Positions 30,937 to 40,475 of a stretch of 64,000 nt of DNA are shown here, piece after piece. Position numbers and translations under genes: made by a program. The DNA is taken from positions 171,459-235,458 of IMG/VR virus record IMGVR_UViG_3300031997_000001. One strand, 5' to 3'. The notes below the pieces were generated by a model that searched no databases, was not told the origin of the DNA, and saw nothing but the letters and a program-made list of their open reading frames with translations. Numbering within the stretch: the stretch's first letter is position 1; each line of letters begins with the position of its first letter.

Positions 30937-33354
30937 CTAGGACGCACAGGCCCGCTCACATCTCTGTCTGCTCGCGGAGGCAATCCGCCTGTCGAGCGCT
31001 AGCTGGTCCCCCTTGAGCGGATAGCCGATCCGCCTTATGACTCCAAAGTATTCCCCTACGACGTCATGGCCGCACCAGTTCATGTACCTATCGTGTGTAT
31101 CTCTCCAGGCGGACCGGTCGCCGTAAAGGGCGTTGACGATGGTATTGTCTCTGGGATTCTGCAGGTCGTAGAGGTCCCGCTCGTGGAAGACGCGCCAGGC
31201 CCAGAAGTCCACCAGCCAGCGGCCGTCGATGAGGCAGAAGTCGTGGCCGAGGTCCTTAGCGACGATCACCGCGCTGTCGTTGGCCGGCCATCCGTGCTCG
31301 CGCCCGTGGGTGTAGCCTATCTGCTGTCCGTTGAACTCCCAGGTGAAGATGGCGGCGGTCCAGGAGCACATGCCGTACAGATCCCTTCCCGTCACGGGGT
31401 CCTTGACGAAGCCATGCGCGCACTCCCACCTATATTGGCGGCGGAGGCGCGCGAGCTCCCTCCGGATCTCCCTAGGCTTGTTCACCTTCGGGGTCCTCCG
31501 CGTTCGATCTTCTTGCGCATGGCCTTGATCTCATCCGCGTCTAACAGACAGGCCCCGGCAAAATAGTGGTCCCGGATGCGGTCGTGCGAGCGCGCCCTCG
31601 CGAGACATCTGCCTTCCGCCCACCGCAGTGCATCAGCCAGGACGGCGCGGATCAGGACTGCGGTGGACGCGATCCTCCGCCCTTGCGTCTCATGGGAACG
31701 CCCCTTGACGCATCGCTCTGCATATTCATGCGGATCGATCATAGTCTCTACCCCTTGACTTCCTGCGCAGGCGCGGTAGCCTTGATCAGGTGGCGTATCT
31801 GGTCGACGTCGTACTGCGCCTTGATCCATCCGTCATGGGACTTGCCGCCCGGGGCGAAGTCGGCGCTCCCGCTCATCCACTGGACGAGCCCCCATGCCAG
31901 GTGGAGTGCCTCCTTCAGCCGGCTAGTCTCCGTGTCATCCAATTTCGCTTTCAGTACGTCCCGCTCAGTGCAGTACTCCAGTCTCGCTTTCAGGGCGTCC
32001 CGCTCAGTGCAGTACCGGCGCGCCTCCTGATTGGCTTCCGAGAGGCTGGCCTCCAGCGCGGCTATTCGTTTGGATGACTGTTCCGCCTCGACCGCCATCT
32101 CCGTGAAGAGCCTTGGATCTATCATGGATTAGCCCCTAAAGAAGTATATCAAAAACCCGGGTCAGGAATGTCGTGAGATATCTAGTTCCAGTTCCGAAGG
32201 GTCATAATGGCCCACCGTCCCATCCTCGTGCTGGACTTCGTAACAAAGGCCGTGGGAGTCGTGGTGCTTGAGGATAGTCCCCTTGACGCCCCATTTCCTG
32301 GACGCCAGAGCTTCTCCGGTCCAGTCACCGCGGCCAGACCAGAAAGGCTTTGTGGTCTTCACCTTCGTACCGGGGTCCAGAGGGGGCCATTTCTTCACGT
32401 CGGGTGTATGGTCAGCAAGGCCGCCAGCAGGGATTCCAGGGTTTTGGCCTTCCACGATCCCTTCTACGAGCTTTTCTGCCTCGGCTATGTTGACCCTGAC
32501 GTCATAAGCTACCCGCCCGAACGCCAGGGATTCCGCTATCCACTTGATCAGCGGACGAAGCTTGGGATCGTCCAGCTTTCTGATCCTGTCAATGGCCTCC
32601 TCGCGGGTCAAGAGAGTGAAGTCGATGTCCGCTTGTGCGCCCTCGCGCCATGCAGCGCCCTCTGCCTTCAGCGCATCTCGCTCAGCAGTCAGAGTGGCGA
32701 TGCGTTTCTCGTATGCGGCCTCCACACAGGTTATCCGAGTCCGCAACATATCGCATTCCTGCACTAGACCGTTTACTCCGGCCTTCAGTGCATCCCGCTC
32801 GTCGGTCAGTGCATCAATTCGCGCCTCGTGACTTGTAGGGTCGCCCACTTTGTGCCTCCTGGTTACTTGATGACGATCTTGTGCAGTGCTTCCGCGGCGA
32901 TGTGAAAGCAGGGTCCAGCTGGCGAAAGGTCGCATCCGGGCCCGTCTTCCTTGCAGACCGCCTGGAGGGCGGCTACTGCTAAGTCCAGCTTCTCGGTCAG
33001 GGACCTCTCGGGTTCCAGCCGCAGGAAGCGTAGCTGCGTAGGGCGCAAGCCGAGGTCAGGATTTTCTGGCACAGTACTCTTCCTTAATAGTGCTGTGGCA
33101 ACAGGGCCGATCCAGTGACCTCACCGTCGAGGCGTACTCCGCACAGTTTGGCTCTTTCGCCTGTCCATCCGGGCCAGCGACCGCTTGAGCCTGGACGCCT
33201 GGATGTTGACGATCTTGGTGCCGAGGTAGTTGCCCTCGGGGCCTCTGAATTCCACGACAACCTCTATCCGGCCCTTGCACTCGTAGTACCAGGACTTGGC
33301 ATCGATCTTCTGAGGTCCCCGGCGCCCCAGGCTGCATCTCGTCTGTCTGGTCAT
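30937..33354 (-). CDS. run of hypothetical genes (30937-31485, 31748-32125, 32162-32935, 32863-33072, 33121-33354)
   Basis: Tiled ORFs; recurring coiled-coil motif [TA]ERDALKA. Confidence 0.55.
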
Positions 33355-34204
33355 TTATTTCCCTTTCATTTCATGGGCCGCAATCACCGCGTTGCAGACG
33401 GCACGGGCGGGGTGCTTGGCAGTGCCTTCCCAGTCGACCTCGTTCCACGCGTCATCCGCGGTTCCTACGACGTAGAACCACCCGGCTACCCACAGGTCAA
33501 GCTCTTCGTGGTAGATCAGGCTAAAGCGCCCGGTGAGAGCAGGTCGCTTGCCGACGCGCAGGCGCAGCCCTATCTTCTTGACCGCCTCCATCGCGTCATC
33601 AATGCATCGGGCGGGCGTCCAGGAGTGGGAATCCGGGATGTTCACCCACTCGCTTTCGAAGACGCCTCCGGTAGCGCGGTCGTCGCGCTCCCAGCAGCCG
33701 TGGTCATCGGCATAAGGCTTGGGAGACGGCCAGACGAGGTCCATCCCCTCCTTGTCCCAGGACCAGGACTTCCATGTCATGCCGAGGATCTTGGAGGCAA
33801 TGAAGACGTCTGCCTCGTCGTCGGTCATCGCTGCTATCTGTTTCTGGCTAAGCATGTTTCGCCTCATGGGCTGCAATGACTGCATTGCAGACGGCGCGGG
33901 CGGGGGCGCTATGCGACATCCAATCCACTACGGCACCCCATCCGGCCATCCACTTCTTCGTACCTAAATTCCAGACGAGACCAAAAGTCAATCCCTCTAA
34001 TTCCAGCCCCATCTTCCCCGCCGCCTCGACAGCCTGGTTGAGATCGGTGGCAAACTGGGCGGCATAAGAACTCGTTCGGCTGATATCTCCCGTCCACCAG
34101 GTGCCGTAGGAGAATGTCCACCCCATCACCTTCTCGGCCAGATACTTGCTGGCCTCCGCGTCGGTGAGTGCCTCGATCTGCTTGCGAGTAAGCAGGGTAA
34201 GCAT
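33355..34204 (-). CDS. two tandem phage ABA-sandwich (BC1872-like) domain paralogues (33355-33885, 33848-34204)
   Basis: Both show iA.kvmGw...[F/W]....id.A.eav.K...PARAVCNAVIAAHE; ML...QI.A.TD.EA starts. Confidence 0.65.
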
Positions 34205-34783
34205 TTTATCCTCCTGATGGCTGGTCCGTGGATTCCCGGAGGGCAGAAACGCTGTGGACTATGTCGTCCGCCGGGAGGCCGCACAAGCGGCAGGGTTCCT
34301 GACCGGCGAAGCGCTCCGCCTTGCCGTCAAACCCGTGCATCTTACACAGGGCTCGCTCGAGCTGCTGGACCCTCTGGCGAAGAGCTTCCGCGGTCGATTC
34401 CTGGAATCCTTGGGCTGTCATGTTAGATCACTGAAAGCTGGTCCGCAACCCGTGCTTCGGACAGGTCTTCGCTTCCCATTTCTCGCCCTTCTGAGGCAGG
34501 CGCAGCTTCCTGCTGGTCAGAGCACGCCAGGCAAGCCAGAGGTCAGTCAGCCTCTTGAACATCTTTATTCCTCCGACTGGATAACAATCCCTACCAGTGA
34601 AATACGGGTCCGAGAAGCATATCGAACTAGGTATGACACTGACATCTACACCATCTATCATGACAGAGGTTGTGCAATTCTGTTTTGCACCACCTACTTC
34701 TTTTCGTGCGATGCTTGCGCTTCAGTTTGGATGCTTTCATATTTCATCGAGGGCCTGGGCATTGCCGCCCAGGCCCTCTCTAT

Positions 34784-35398
34784 CTAGTCAATCGGCTCCC
34801 ACTTCAAGATCTTGAACTTGCCGAACACACCGCGGTAGGTCCCGATCCCGATGGCGTAGCCACCCTCCTGGATCAGGTTACGGATCTGCACTTCCTGGAT
34901 TTCGGTATTCGGAAGAATTGTCAGCTGGAACTCGAGCTCCCAAGGCAGCGGGAGGACCGGCCGGACCTTCGGGTTCGGCACCCCATCCTTCAGCCGGGCA
35001 ACCCGCCGGTCGATGTAGCAGCCCGACAGGGCGTCCTTATCCCCGTCGAACTTCCCGAACTTGATCGGCTGATTGTCCTTCAGGAAGGGGATCATCATCG
35101 GCTCGATGATGGTAAAGGAAAGGCACGAATTCGCAATCGACAGCCCCTTCTTGCCCCGCAGCCGCCTGGGCGCCGACACCGTGTTCTTGGCCGACAGGAA
35201 CGAGTGGATGTTCGCCGCCGGGAGGCAGATGTTGCGCTCTTCGTCCAGGTAGAGCTTCTGCATCGGCTCCAGCTTCGTGTCGTTGTCCCCGGCGTACCGG
35301 TCGAACATGACCGCCGTGATGCCCTGAAGCCGGACCAGCCGCCTGATCATGTCCTTCGTGCCGGCTTCCGCGACGACCGCCTTCGATTTCGCAACCAT
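34784..35398 (-). CDS. stand-alone Cas7-like RAMP protein (204 aa; Vipr-like)
   Basis: First strand VRLQGITAVMF, ICLPAANIHSFL helix motif, WELEFQL strand, C-terminal G-rich loop GGYAIGIGTYRGVFGKF; GGAG RBS 8 nt before ATG 35398. Confidence 0.8.
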   Translation of the reverse strand: MVAKSKAVVAEAGTKDMIRRLVRLQGITAVMFDRYAGDNDTKLEPMQKLYLDEERNICLPAANIHSFLSAKNTVSAPRRLRGKKGLSIANSCLSFTIIEPMMIPFLKDNQPIKFGKFDGDKDALSGCYIDRRVARLKDGVPNPKVRPVLPLPWELEFQLTILPNTEIQEVQIRNLIQEGGYAIGIGTYRGVFGKFKILKWEPID

Positions 35399-35417
35399 TG
35401 ACGGATCTCCAAAAAAG

Positions 35418-36003
35418 AAACCCTGCCTTGCCGCGCCGAGCCCGGCCAGGCCCTGCCCGGCAGCGCCGCGCCAAGCCTTGCCGTGCCTCGCCGTGCCGAA
35501 GATTCCTTTGTAAAAGCTAGCCTTGCCTCGCACTGCCCTGCCTCGCCCAGCCAGGCCGGGCCGGGCCTGGCCCCGCACCGCCTGGCCCCACCGGGCACCG
35601 CCTCGGACAGAAGATCTTGTAAGAAGAGCTGGCCTTGCCGTGCACTGCCGTGCCTCGCCCCGCCGGGCGCGGCCATGCCCTGCCTCACCTTGCCTTGCCT
35701 CGCCCAGCCGTGCCAGGCCGGGCCCGGTCAAGTTGGCAGTCAATGTTTCGTGTTGTAAGAAGAGCTAGCCTTGCCTCGCTGCGCCCTGCCCCGCCCCGCC
35801 TTGCCGCGCTTTGCCTCGCCCGGCCCGGCCGCGCCCCGCCCTGCAAAGCCCAGCCACGCCGTGCCGTACCTTGCCCGGCCGCGTCTTCACGTAATGCTTC
35901 TTGTAAAAGAGCTAGCCTTGCCTTGCCTTGCCCTGCCCCACCTGGCCCAGCCTCGCCGCCGCCTTGCCTTGCCTGGCCGCGCCCGGCCCGGCCGAGCCGT
36001 GCC
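35418..36003 (-). repeat. five-block GGY-NN pentamer array (putative guide-RNA array)
   Basis: Blocks 36003-35913 (18 units, one is 6 nt), 35880-35766 (23), 35724-35630 (19), 35602-35518 (17), 35497-35418 (16); 84/93 units begin GGY; linkers 20-41 nt all contain TTACAA. Confidence 0.9.
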
Positions 36004-36015
36004 CCGACTCAGACA

Positions 36016-36504
36016 TTACTCCAGCAGCAACATCGTCGCGGGCTTCATGTCCAGCTTCTTCTGGAGCGCGATGCAGGTCTCCAGCAGCCGCTCTCCGACC
36101 TTCGGCGACTCGATCTTCTTGTGCAGGCCCATCTTCGTGACCGCCGCGTTCAGCACCGCCTTCTGCTTGGCGTCGAGCGCCGTCATGTCGATGACAGCCA
36201 GCTGCCCGATCGTCTTCCTCGCCTTCCGGCCGATCCTCTGGCCCGCCTCGTCGGCCACCCCGACCGCCTCCTCGTTCGAGACCCGCTTGATTCCCACTCC
36301 CCGGATCGGACGCCAGAAAGCACGCTCGCGCCAGAGGGTCTTCAAGGCAGAGGCGACCACGTGTGCACCATTTCCGGCCAGCCGATGTGTGACTTCCGAC
36401 AACTTCTCATGCGACACAATCTCACCGACCGGCTTGCTCCGCAGGAACCGGATGAGTTCCTCCGTGTCTGCGGAACGCCGGAAGGCCGGACTCTTCCCGT
36501 CCAT
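36016..36504 (-). CDS. putative winged-helix DNA-binding protein heading the array operon (162 aa)
   Basis: GGAGG RBS, ATG 36504; helical N-terminus then FWRPIRGVGIKRV wing-like hairpin; stop lies 12 nt before array block 1. Confidence 0.6.
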   Translation of the reverse strand: MDGKSPAFRRSADTEELIRFLRSKPVGEIVSHEKLSEVTHRLAGNGAHVVASALKTLWRERAFWRPIRGVGIKRVSNEEAVGVADEAGQRIGRKARKTIGQLAVIDMTALDAKQKAVLNAAVTKMGLHKKIESPKVGERLLETCIALQKKLDMKPATMLLLE

Positions 36505-36551
36505 TTCGTGCCTCCCGAAAGGATTGTCGAAAACCTTCACCCAACTAGATC

Positions 36552-36581
36552 ATTAAAATACAGAGGGGAATCTCCCGTCAA
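36552..36581 (-). promoter_or_regulatory. sigma70-type promoter TTGACG-N18-TTTAAT driving wHTH-array-RAMP
   Basis: Same N18 spacing and similar spacer (GGAGATTCCCCTC) as the 10982 promoter. Confidence 0.6.
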
Positions 36582-36684
36582 GGATTTCGTTGTATCTAGA
36601 GCAATACAACAATAGGAGCGAGCTCGCGGGTCAAACGTATCTCACGGAAGTGCGGATTATTCCCCCTTACTAAGGAGGCACGAC

Positions 36685-37353
36685 ATGAGTAAGCAGGTCA
36701 AGAGCGACGGCCGGGTCCAGAAGGTAATGCGGATGGTATTCGACTACGGCACGCCGAATAGGTTCACTAACGAAGAACGTGCCAAGGCCATCACATACGA
36801 GCACCTGAGGTGCTGCGATCTGAAGACCATTGAGGACATATATAACGCGTGTTCCATGTTTGATATCCTGGATAGGCCCTGCGGCGACGGGGACATGGCC
36901 GTGCGCGGCAAGCTCGAGAAATTCATCGAGATTAGGAAGAAACAGTCGCCGACATATCACACGAAGCCAACCCAAATTGACGACGCTGAGATCAGAGAAC
37001 TTTTGGCGGAGGCTTGTTCGCCTGAGCCAAAATTGGTGCGCCGCCCTGGAATGGCCACGCCCGAGGAAGGGCTCCGCAAGTGGGTTACCGAAAAGGTCGC
37101 TTCCGAGATCCCCAAACAGATCCGGCGGGATTTTGGAGGGAAGGGTAGGGACGAGTCCATTCTCTGCCTGGCGAAGCAGTTGGGCCTCGAGCGGTACATT
37201 AGTTCAACGACAGCACGGGCCACGGTCGCTATCTCTGTCTATGATCTCCTGGGGAAACAGATCGAAGGATGCCGCAAGCGGGTGGCGTCCAAAGTGGAGG
37301 AACTCAAGAGGCGGGCGGAGCGCGGTGATTCTGCAGCCAGAACAGATTCCTAG
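36685..37353 (+). CDS. hypothetical protein, divergent from the RAMP operon
   Basis: AAGGAGG RBS; 222 aa. Confidence 0.7.
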   Translation: MSKQVKSDGRVQKVMRMVFDYGTPNRFTNEERAKAITYEHLRCCDLKTIEDIYNACSMFDILDRPCGDGDMAVRGKLEKFIEIRKKQSPTYHTKPTQIDDAEIRELLAEACSPEPKLVRRPGMATPEEGLRKWVTEKVASEIPKQIRRDFGGKGRDESILCLAKQLGLERYISSTTARATVAISVYDLLGKQIEGCRKRVASKVEELKRRAERGDSAARTDS

Positions 37354-37357
37354 AGAT

Positions 37358-37392
37358 GGGGCCTGGACCAGCCACTTGCTGGTCCAGGCCCC
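37358..37392. terminator. perfect 15-bp hairpin between convergent genes
   Basis: GGGGCCTGGACCAGC-CACTT-GCTGGTCCAGGCCCC. Confidence 0.7.
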
Positions 37393-37633
37393 TAGGCGGA
37401 CATCAGTTTATCAAGCGACAGAGCGCGGACGTCGGCCACGATCTTCTCCATCGCCCTCTTGGCAGATTCTGCGTCGTCGAAGACGGGATTCGAACTCAGA
37501 AGCGGCGTGTGAAGGATCCCGTCGCGGTATAGCTGGATCCAGCCCGTGAACTTGCCCTCCTCGGTACAGGGGCCTCCCACCTCACACTTGATGTCGTCGC
37601 CTCCCTCGTAGATGGCTAGTGCAGTCCATCTCG

Positions 37634-38215
37634 TCATGGGCGTCCTACTTTCCTGAGTGCGGCGTGCAGGGCGGCGATATATTCCTGCTCGAGCCCCACA
37701 TCCGTGCCGCTCAGCACCTCAAACAGGAGCTTGGACTCCTCCCCATATACCTGGACGAAATCCGCCGGCGCATCGCCCATTTCCAGGAGGTTGTCCGTCC
37801 GGTCTATTAGCTTGATCAGCTTAGCCTGCACGGAGGCGGTAAGCAGGTGATCCCGGTCCATCTTCTTGCGTTCGGCCCGGGGCAGTTCTGGGTGCTGCTT
37901 GGACGGATTGGTGAGTTCCAGGACCAGGTCGGCCACCCGCTCGCCGAAATGACACTCATCGCCAGTCTTCTTCCCCAGGAAGTAGTCAGTATGGAACGAG
38001 AGCCGTATATCGCGCGGGCTGGCCTGGGGGCAGTCCTCCAGCACGTCATGAAGCCACGCCGCACAGACGCCTTCCTCGGTCCCCAAGGGATGACGAGTCA
38101 GGCGGGCAGCCACCCGGGCGGGGTGCACAATGTACGGGGCACCGGTATATTTACGGACCTGCTGCTGGTGGTAGCCAGCCGCCACGCGCGCTGCGATCAG
38201 GATGTTGTTATTCAT
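37634..38215 (-). CDS. RelA/SpoT-type HD hydrolase (small alarmone hydrolase/Mesh1-like)
   Basis: H..Q.RK..G.PYI.HP..VA, AAWLHDVLED, V.ELT, IKL.DR.DNL. Confidence 0.85.
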   Translation of the reverse strand: MNNNILIAARVAAGYHQQQVRKYTGAPYIVHPARVAARLTRHPLGTEEGVCAAWLHDVLEDCPQASPRDIRLSFHTDYFLGKKTGDECHFGERVADLVLELTNPSKQHPELPRAERKKMDRDHLLTASVQAKLIKLIDRTDNLLEMGDAPADFVQVYGEESKLLFEVLSGTDVGLEQEYIAALHAALRKVGRP

Positions 38216-39466
38216 GCCTTTCCCGATATGACGGCCTGCGCCTTCTTGATCCAGCCGGAGAACTTATTGCTGAGTACGAATCCCACCTCTCCACACTTAT
38301 TGTGAAGCAACACCCCCGCTATGTCCATGTGGTCCAGGATGCTCTTGTCATCGTAGGACCGGTCCTCGGCGAATAGCGCCCGGAGATCCTCCACCGCGCC
38401 CCGGAGCTTTCGATTGTCCTCGCGATAATCCTGGGCGAGGTCTGTTTGCCGCTTGGCATCTTCCCTCAGCTTCTCATTCTCTGCCACCAGCTCCTTATGG
38501 TAGGCTTCCCGTGAGTCCTCGACGGCGGAGAGAGTCTTGAGAGCCCCGTCCACCTTTTCCAGCATCTTCTCCCCCAGCGTCCCACCCAGCCGCTTGACGT
38601 CGGCTTTCAGGGCATCCCGCTCTGCAGTTACGACTTTGAGCTTCTCCAAGAGTTCGGGATGGCTGATAGGGAGCTCAAGGACATGGTCGCCTACGATATG
38701 GGGCTTATTAGTTTCTTCTTTGTAGAAGGGTGACGCTTCCGGGTCTGGTCCATATTGGGTACCAGGACCCAGTTCGACGGGGACGGCGTCAGCATAGGCG
38801 CACGTGCCCTCGTGGCACTCGCGTGGCCAGTCGCGTCTTCCGCATCTACGACAAACAGGTTCGTCTAAACCCATTGTCTAGCCTCCGAGGGCGGGCGGCG
38901 CGCGAGGTATGGTGTCGGCTCGAGCCGCCCTGCCTTATTTGTGCCACAAGGCACTTATTCGGCAGACCCCGCACGCCACCCGAAATGAAATACGGCTGGT
39001 CAACTCCTGATCGGCATGATCTCGTCCAAGACCTTGCGCAGCCAGCACCTCCAGCAATAGCGCTGGATTTCCTTCTTTCCGTCCACGAACTGCACACCAT
39101 CTCCATTCCTGACGAACACGCGGCAGCGAAGCGCCGTGCAGAAGCCGGACTCCAGGGCATTCTTTTGCTTCATCCGGGGTATTCCATATCCTTCTTAAAC
39201 TTTTCCCATTCCTTCCCCTGAACGCCTTGAACCCAGCACATGAAGGGGAAAGGCGATAGTAGGAGCAGATGGTAGGTACAGATCGGCGTATCAAGATCCA
39301 AATAGACGATAGCCAGGCCGAAGAGGACCGCGGAAAGGACGAGGCCGATGACAGTCAAGGCTGCTTTTATGGCCTGTTTCTCGACTTCGCGCAGGCGCTT
39401 CTTGGCCCTCTCAAGCTCCAGATCCTGTTTCTGAAGCAGCCGGAGCTGTCCCATCAATTCTTCCAT
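38212..39466 (-). CDS. hypothetical genes (38212-38874 coiled coil; 38846-39160; 39170-39466 two-TM membrane protein)
   Basis: Tiled ORFs; hydrophobic segments in 39170-39466. Confidence 0.5.
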
Positions 39467-39539
39467 GGCTTCCTCCTGGAGGAGTTAGATACGTTTGCAA
39501 AGATATTAAACCAGGTACTGGAATATCCGTTCAAGTATT

Positions 39540-39545
39540 TAAATA
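39540..39545 (+). promoter_or_regulatory. T4-like late promoter box TAAATA (also 44916+, 46876+, 46829-46834 minus, 63994-63999 minus)
   Basis: TAAATA in AT-rich gaps 0-17 nt before start codons; TTAAATACCATG is identical at 39539 (+) and at the 63991 gene (-). Confidence 0.65.
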
Positions 39546-39547
39546 CC

Positions 39548-40000
39548 ATGAAAATCCTCGTCCTCGGATACACGCGGTCCGGCAAGACCGAAGCAACCCG
39601 GATGCTCGGCAGGATCTTGGGTGTCAAGGTTGTCGATAGCACCTCTAAATACATCATCCGCGACTTCGCCGCCAAGAAAGGCCTCGATCCGGAGAAGATC
39701 CTGGCCGATAAGGAGACATATCGGAAGCAGCTCTGGGAGTATGGCCTTGCTAGGCAGCAAAAGGACGCAGCCTATCCAGTAGATGAGGCGGTCCGGGAGG
39801 CGGATGTCGTCTCCGGGGTACGGACCAGAAGGCAACTCGGAGTCGTCAGGCCTCTGTTCGATAAGGTCATCTGGGTAGACAGGCCCGGCGTCGATGGCGG
39901 GTTTTCCGACGAACTGGTCGCAGACGACGCAGACGAAGTCGTGAAGAACGACAGTACACTTGAAGACCTCGAGAAGAAGCTCACCGCGGTCGCCCTCTAA
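39548..40000 (+). CDS. P-loop nucleotide-monophosphate-kinase-like protein
   Basis: ILVLGYTRSGKTEA Walker A, YRKQLWEYG, VVSGVR. Confidence 0.7.
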   Translation: MKILVLGYTRSGKTEATRMLGRILGVKVVDSTSKYIIRDFAAKKGLDPEKILADKETYRKQLWEYGLARQQKDAAYPVDEAVREADVVSGVRTRRQLGVVRPLFDKVIWVDRPGVDGGFSDELVADDADEVVKNDSTLEDLEKKLTAVAL

Positions 40001-40034
40001 CGCTCCCCTTCTCTTCCATTGGCAAAGTTATTTT

Positions 40035-40475
40035 ATGCGCTTATCCTTATTGACAGAAGCCGATCCTTCTTATCGCATTGTTGAGCTGCGCCCGGGTGCG
40101 AAATCCGAGCTAGCCGACCAAGTGGACCTGGAGAAGGAGAATAATAATTTCGTCGTAGGGGCTCTGACCAACGACGACATGGCGCGGACTGCCGTGCTGG
40201 ACGGCGACGAGGTCATCGGCGCCATGTCCTGGTCTGAGGAACCGAAGGTCATTTGGATGCACATGTTCGGATCCACGAAGAAGGGTGCCGGATCGATGCT
40301 TTTGAGACGCCTGGCCGGGAAGGCAAGGACAGCCGGGAAGCAGATCTGGCTGAATAGTATTGCCGGGATGGAAGAGTATTACAGGAACCTCGGCTTCCGA
40401 AGGGAACCGTCCACCGGGCAGGAAAGGACCTTCGCTGCGAATCCGGAAGAGGTCCTGAGCAAGCTGGGGAGCTAA
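40035..40475 (+). CDS. GNAT acetyltransferase with MRLxxLxE N-terminus
   Basis: KKGAGSMLL (motif A), EEYYRNLGF (motif B); ATG 40035. Confidence 0.75.
   Translation: MRLSLLTEADPSYRIVELRPGAKSELADQVDLEKENNNFVVGALTNDDMARTAVLDGDEVIGAMSWSEEPKVIWMHMFGSTKKGAGSMLLRRLAGKARTAGKQIWLNSIAGMEEYYRNLGFRREPSTGQERTFAANPEEVLSKLGS

Noticed and set aside
34784-35743. 319-aa ORF fusing array blocks 3-5 to the RAMP, and other Ala/Arg/Gly/Pro-rich ORFs across 35347-36615
   Set aside because: A 5-nt period is not codon-based, the long ORF starts at a TTG without an RBS, and a good RBS-ATG exists at 35398. These ORFs are by-products of a stop-poor repeat.
35418-36003. Classical CRISPR array or simple microsatellite
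   Set aside because: There is no alternation of about 30-nt repeats and spacers. The NN positions vary while register, block size and tails are conserved, unlike a slippage satellite.
31748-38874. Recurring [TA]ERDALKA peptide as a repeat system
   Set aside because: It is a generic coiled-coil heptad seen in many phage proteins, with no shared DNA context.
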